From: an uncultured Verrucomicrobiota bacterium
Lineage (GTDB): Bacteria; Verrucomicrobiota; Kiritimatiellia; JAAZAB01
Direction: 5' to 3'
NCBI GenBank assembly: GCA_964650945.1
Contig: CAZYXU010000004.1
Coordinates: 2,594-66,593, forward strand
DNA length: 64,000 nucleotides
Shown: piece by piece, positions 59,886 through 64,000 of the stretch
How the letters are laid out: every line of letters begins with the position of its first letter
Numbering within the stretch: position 1 is the stretch's first letter
Notes under the pieces: generated by a model
The model's input: the letters and a program-made list of their open reading frames with translations, nothing else
What the model was told of the DNA's origin: nothing
Databases searched by the model: none
Position numbers and translations under genes: made by a program

Positions 59886-60948
59886 AAAAAATACCCGCGT
59901 CCCGGCGCCGCCGCGTCCCGGTCAAAAATCACATCCCCGGCCGGTTGATTCCGCCGCCCTGAATGCCTGGGTGAAAACCAATACCTTCCATCACGCGCAA
60001 TTCGCCGACATCCGCCGGCTGGTGGAGCAAAAAGAGCGCCAGGGATTGCGCATCTCGCTGTGCATCCCCACGCTCAACGAGGAGAAAACCATCGGCAAAG
60101 AAGTGGTGATTTTCAAGTCGGAGCTGATGACCCGCTTCCCGCTGCTGGACGAAATCGCCGTGATTGATTCCGGTTCCGCCGACCGCACCTGCGAAGTGGC
60201 CGCGGCGTTTGGCGCCGATGTTTACAGCGCCGCGGAAATTCTGCCCGAAACCGGGGTGCGCCGGGGCAAGGGCGAAAACCTTTGGAAAGCCATTTACCAG
60301 TTGCGCGGCGATGTGATTGTCTACGTGGACGCCGACATCAAAAACATCCACGCCCGTTTTGTATACGGCCTGCTGGGCCCATTGCTGGCCGACCCGGCCA
60401 TCAAATACGTTAAGGCCTTTTACGACCGGCCGCTGGCATTCTCGAAGGGGGTGCGGGTCTCCGGCGGCGGGCGGGTGACGGAAATCCTGATCCGGCCGCT
60501 GTTTTCGCTGTTTTTCCCGGAGTTGACGGCGATCATCCAGCCGCTTTCCGGCGAATACGCTGTGCGGCGCGAGGTCTTGGAAAGCATCCCGTTCCCCATC
60601 GGCTACGGCGTGGAAACTTCACACTTGATTGACGTCTACGATCGCTGGGGCCTGCCCGCATTTGCGCAGACTGACCTGGACCAGCGCATCCACCGCAACC
60701 AGAGCACCCGCGACCTGGGCAAGATGGCGTTTGGCATTCTGCAAACGTTTTTGAAGCGGGCGGCCGCCATGGGCGTTCTGGACAAATTGCCGGCGATGCA
60801 CCGGCAGTTGCGGCAATTCGTCGCCCAGGACGATGTTTTCGCCCAGGTCGAGCAGCAGATCGTGGAGGAGGAACGGCCGCCCATGCTGGAAATTCCCGCC
60901 TACCGCCGGAAATTCGGGGCGCCGCCCCCCGACGCAGCGCCGGGTTAA
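59875..60948 (+). CDS. gpgS: Glucosyl-3-phosphoglycerate synthase (GT81)
   Basis: This is ORF 59818..60948, with the start placed at ATG 59875, 8 nt after GGAGG. ISLCIPTLNEEKTIG, VIDSGSADRT, GKGENLWK, VYVDADI, GGGRVTEILIRPL, QPLSGEYA and GYGVE closely follow my recollection of mycobacterial GpgS. Confidence 0.8.
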   Translation: MPAKKNTRVPAPPRPGQKSHPRPVDSAALNAWVKTNTFHHAQFADIRRLVEQKERQGLRISLCIPTLNEEKTIGKEVVIFKSELMTRFPLLDEIAVIDSGSADRTCEVAAAFGADVYSAAEILPETGVRRGKGENLWKAIYQLRGDVIVYVDADIKNIHARFVYGLLGPLLADPAIKYVKAFYDRPLAFSKGVRVSGGGRVTEILIRPLFSLFFPELTAIIQPLSGEYAVRREVLESIPFPIGYGVETSHLIDVYDRWGLPAFAQTDLDQRIHRNQSTRDLGKMAFGILQTFLKRAAAMGVLDKLPAMHRQLRQFVAQDDVFAQVEQQIVEEERPPMLEIPAYRRKFGAPPPDAAPG

Positions 60949-60952
60949 AGGC

Positions 60953-62413
60953 ATGCGCATCGCCATTATTCATTACCATCTGCAACCCGGCGGAGTCACA
61001 CGGGTGATCGAGCATGCCGCGCGCGCGCTCACGGCGCGGGGCGTCCGTGTAGCGCTGCTGGCCGGGGCGCCGCCGGCCGGCCGGGTTTTTGCGGAATTCC
61101 CAACCGCGGCGCTGCCGGGATTGTTTTACCATGCCGGTTCCGGCCGGCCGGCGGAACTGGCGCGGCAGATGCGGCTGGCGGCACGGCGTCTCTTGGGCGG
61201 CCCGCCGGATGTCTGGCACATCCACAACCATGCCCTGGGCAAGAATCCCGCGCTGACGGCGGCCGTCGGTATCCTGGCGGCGGACGGCGCGCGGCTGCTG
61301 TTGCAAATCCACGATTTCGCCGAAGACGGCCGGCCGGCGGAATTCCGGCGGCTGGCGCGGCGCCTGGGCGGTGACGATCCCCGCCAACTGGCACGGGCGC
61401 TTTATCCGCAAAACGCCCGCGTCCATTACGCGGTCTTGAACAATCGCGATGCCGCTTTCCTGGCGCGCGCCGGCATGCCGACCGCGCGCCTGCATCTCCT
61501 GCCCAACCCCGTGGCCGCCCCCGCCGCTCCTGACGCGGCCGGCGACCCGAACGCCGGCAAACTCTGGCTGTACCCCACCCGCGCCATCCGCCGTAAAAAC
61601 CTCGGCGAATTTCTGATGCTGGCGGCCCAGGCAAAGCCTGGCAACCGGTTTGCCGTAACCCTGGCGCCGGACAGTCCCGCCGCTCGCCCGGCATATGACG
61701 CCTGGGTGCGGCTGGCGAAAAAATTGAAACTGCCGGTGGAATTCGAGGCCGGCCGGCGGCCCGGGGCGGATTTACACGCCCTGATGGCCGCCGCGGCCGC
61801 GGCCATCACGACCAGCGTAGGCGAGGGATTCGGCATGGCCTTTCTGGAACCATGGCTGTCCGGTTGCCCGGTGGCCGGACGCGACCTGCCGGAGGTGACG
61901 GATATGTTCAAGGCCGACGGGTTGGATTTGTCCGGCCTGTATCAACGCCTGGACATCCCGGCGGAATGGATCAGTCTGCCGGCCTTGCGCCGGCGCATCC
62001 AGGCCGGCCTGCGCGGCCTGCATGCGGCTTACGGTCGCACTGCCGCCGGGCGCGACACGGAAGCGGCCATGGCCGCCGCGGTCCGCCACGGCTGCGTGGA
62101 TTTCGCCCGGCTGGATGAAGCGATGCAGATCCGGGTGATCCGCCGGCTGACCGCCGGCAAAATCACGGCGCAGGACATCACGCTGGCGCCGGATTTTTTC
62201 CGGCATGACCCGCGCCGGAACTGCCGCCGGATCGCCCACAACCGGCGGATTATCCAACGCAAATACAACATCGCCGCATACGGCCAACGCCTGATGAACA
62301 TTTACACCGCGCTGGCGGCGGCACCCGGCGGCGGCGCCGATGCGGAAGTTGCGCTGGAGCGCCTGCTGGATGATTTTCTCGCGCCGGAACGGTTTTGCCT
62401 TTTACGCACATGA
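60953..62413 (+). CDS. GT-B fold glycosyltransferase (GT4-like), paralog B
   Basis: This is ORF 60833..62413, with the start placed at ATG 60953 (MRIAIIHYHLQPGGVTRVIE). It carries QIHDFAEDGR, LYPTRAIRRKNLGEFL and TTSVGEGFGMAFLEPWLSGCPVAG. It starts 5 nt after the gpgS stop codon. Confidence 0.75.
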   Translation: MRIAIIHYHLQPGGVTRVIEHAARALTARGVRVALLAGAPPAGRVFAEFPTAALPGLFYHAGSGRPAELARQMRLAARRLLGGPPDVWHIHNHALGKNPALTAAVGILAADGARLLLQIHDFAEDGRPAEFRRLARRLGGDDPRQLARALYPQNARVHYAVLNNRDAAFLARAGMPTARLHLLPNPVAAPAAPDAAGDPNAGKLWLYPTRAIRRKNLGEFLMLAAQAKPGNRFAVTLAPDSPAARPAYDAWVRLAKKLKLPVEFEAGRRPGADLHALMAAAAAAITTSVGEGFGMAFLEPWLSGCPVAGRDLPEVTDMFKADGLDLSGLYQRLDIPAEWISLPALRRRIQAGLRGLHAAYGRTAAGRDTEAAMAAAVRHGCVDFARLDEAMQIRVIRRLTAGKITAQDITLAPDFFRHDPRRNCRRIAHNRRIIQRKYNIAAYGQRLMNIYTALAAAPGGGADAEVALERLLDDFLAPERFCLLRT

Positions 62414-63312
62414 TAGAACGCCAAACATTAATCGCCGCCATAAAAAAGCTGTCGCACCCCATGCGCCCGACCCCGCCGGCGCCGGCAGTCGCGGTCCGCC
62501 GCCCAAAGCTGGCCGGCATCCGCGCAGTGCTTTTTGACGTTTACGGCACGCTGCTGCAGTCGGGCAGCGGCGAGATCGGCCTGGCTGATGCCGGCGCGGC
62601 GGCCCGCGCAGCAGGATTCCGCGCCGCCCTGGCGGCCGCCGGCATTCCCTGCCGCGGCGGCGGTGGAGCCGCCGGCGCGGCGGCCATGACCGACGTCATC
62701 CGCCGGGCGCATGCCGCCGCGCGCGCCGCCGGAGTTGCCTGGCCCGAGGTGGATATTGAAAAAATCTGGCGGACCACTCTGGCGGCGCTGCAGGAATCCG
62801 GATTGGCGCCGGCAAAGGTTCCGGCCGGAAAAATCCGGCGCGCGGCCGTGGAATTTGAAGGACGCATCAACCCGGTCTGGCCCATGCCCGGCTTCCCGGA
62901 ATGCCTGACGCCGCTGCGGAAACAGGGCCTCAAGTTGGGCATCGTCTCCAACGCCCAGTTTTTCACCCCGCTCCTATTCCCGGCGCTCACCGGCCGGGAA
63001 TTGCCGGAAATGGGATTCGATCCGGAGGCCTGCGCCTGGTCGTTCCAGCACGGCATCGCCAAGCCGGCGCCGGACCTGTTCCAAGCCGCCTTGCGGCCAT
63101 GGCGGGAAAAATACGGCATCGCGCCGGGCACAGTCCTGGCCGTCGGCAACGACCGGTTGAACGACGTGGCGGCCGCCGCGGCTTGCGGCTGCCGCACGGC
63201 GCTATTCGCCGGAGACGCGCGCTCTCTGCGCCGGCGCGAAGACGACGAGCGTTGCGCCGGCGTTAAGCCCGATTGGATCATCACCGACCTGCGGCAATTG
63301 CAAATAAACTGA
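62410..63312 (+). CDS. HAD superfamily hydrolase (motif I is DVYGT)
   Basis: This is ORF 62395..63312, with the start placed at ATG 62410, which overlaps the upstream stop codon (ATGA). Motif I is VLFDVYGTLL, motif II is IVSNA, and the motif III/IV region is GNDRLNDVAAA. Confidence 0.75.
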   Translation: MIERQTLIAAIKKLSHPMRPTPPAPAVAVRRPKLAGIRAVLFDVYGTLLQSGSGEIGLADAGAAARAAGFRAALAAAGIPCRGGGGAAGAAAMTDVIRRAHAAARAAGVAWPEVDIEKIWRTTLAALQESGLAPAKVPAGKIRRAAVEFEGRINPVWPMPGFPECLTPLRKQGLKLGIVSNAQFFTPLLFPALTGRELPEMGFDPEACAWSFQHGIAKPAPDLFQAALRPWREKYGIAPGTVLAVGNDRLNDVAAAAACGCRTALFAGDARSLRRREDDERCAGVKPDWIITDLRQLQIN

Positions 63313-63330
63313 TCCGTCCTGCGCCATTCC

Positions 63331-63936
63331 TCAGGGCGCCGCCGGCAAAACAGCCAACTGCCGCAACCCGTTCACCACCATCTCCACCGAAATGACCGCC
63401 AGCATCAGACCCATCAGCCGCTCGAAAGCCATGAGCACCCGCGCGCCCAGCACCCGGTAAATCAGCCCGGAAGCCACCAGCACAACGGTGCCCAGCAGCC
63501 AGGCCGCCAGCAGCGCGGCCATCACCCCCGCAAATTCCCGGCCGCCGCGGGCCGACCACAAGGTCACCGTCGTGATGGCCGACGGACCGGCGATCAAAGG
63601 GATGGCCAGCGGCACGATGAAAGGCTCCGACTGCGTATCCGTCTTGAACAGGTCTTCCACTCCCTTGAAAATCATGCTCAGCGCAATCAGGAACAGGATG
63701 ATGCCGCCGGCCAGGCTCAACGACGAGACCGACACATGCAACAGCCCCAGCAGGCGCCGGCCTTGAAACAAAAACAGGAGCAGGACGCCCAGCCCGATCA
63801 GCGACTCCCGCAGGATGATCCGCCGCCGGCGCTCCGGCGCCACCGTCCGCAATACGCTCAAAAACAGCGGGACGTTGCCCAATGGGTCCAAAACTATGAA
63901 AAACAAAACCGCCGTCGCCAGAATTTCACGCCACAT
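63331..63936 (-). CDS. MarC family (UPF0056) integral membrane protein
   Basis: The N-terminal signature is FFIVLDPLGNVPLFLSVL. There are six hydrophobic segments in 201 aa. Confidence 0.8.
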   Translation of the reverse strand: MWREILATAVLFFIVLDPLGNVPLFLSVLRTVAPERRRRIILRESLIGLGVLLLFLFQGRRLLGLLHVSVSSLSLAGGIILFLIALSMIFKGVEDLFKTDTQSEPFIVPLAIPLIAGPSAITTVTLWSARGGREFAGVMAALLAAWLLGTVVLVASGLIYRVLGARVLMAFERLMGLMLAVISVEMVVNGLRQLAVLPAAP

Positions 63937-64000
63937 GCCGCACCCCCCTGAAATTACATCGTGAAAATATCATACCCGCCGGCGGATGGCAAAGCAAATT

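Overview
High-GC bacterial chromosomal window of 64 kb. I see no rRNA, tRNA, CRISPR array, IS element or prophage. The gene content (many glycoside-hydrolase-like proteins, BNR propellers, a choice-of-anchor beta-helix protein) suggests a glycan-degrading member of the PVC group; this is inference only. All coordinates, motif counts and homology calls were made by eye without tools. Family assignments rest on motifs I recognise and need a database search to confirm. Layout: (1) 1-5.4 kb holds a LacI-associated glycan module: a partial CBM9-like GH that is missing from the ORF track, a small membrane protein, LacI and a URO-D-family protein. (2) 5.4-9.4 kb holds a CsgG-like protein divergent from a hybrid histidine kinase with a solute-binding domain. 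(3) 9.4-19.9 kb holds a minus-strand dcw cluster, mraZ-orf96-orf70-rsmH-ftsL-ftsI-murE-murF-mraY-lipoprotein-murD, which ends abruptly after murD. (4) 20.1-46.1 kb holds a glycan-processing island with no transporter gene. It starts with a PocR/AraC regulator and a six-gene operon (two deacetylases, an AraA-like isomerase, an M24 protein lacking metal ligands, an ASRT-family protein, a BNR propeller). It continues with GH16, a beta-helix protein, three paralogous GH20-N-domain proteins, three more BNR propellers with an SGNH esterase, a GH-like TIM barrel, and two truncated gene relics. (5) 46.1-48.9 kb holds ptsI-hlyD. (6) 49-55.5 kb holds a PAS-REC protein, an NfeD pair, a periplasmic HEAT-repeat protein and a bactofilin-like membrane protein. 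(7) 55.5-63.3 kb holds a glucosylglycerate-type cluster: a GH13_18 phosphorylase-like enzyme, gpgS, two paralogous GT-B transferases, a HAD protein and a degenerate M20 protein. (8) The window ends with a MarC-family protein. The strongest unexplained signals are these: a 129-nt structured element present twice (29461-29589 and 50441-50569) with compensatory base changes; a ~48-bp AT-rich motif present three times around the GH16 gene; two small ORFs, one a stand-alone Cys-rich module, inserted between mraZ and rsmH; and the paralog-rich, relic-containing BNR/GH20-like island.
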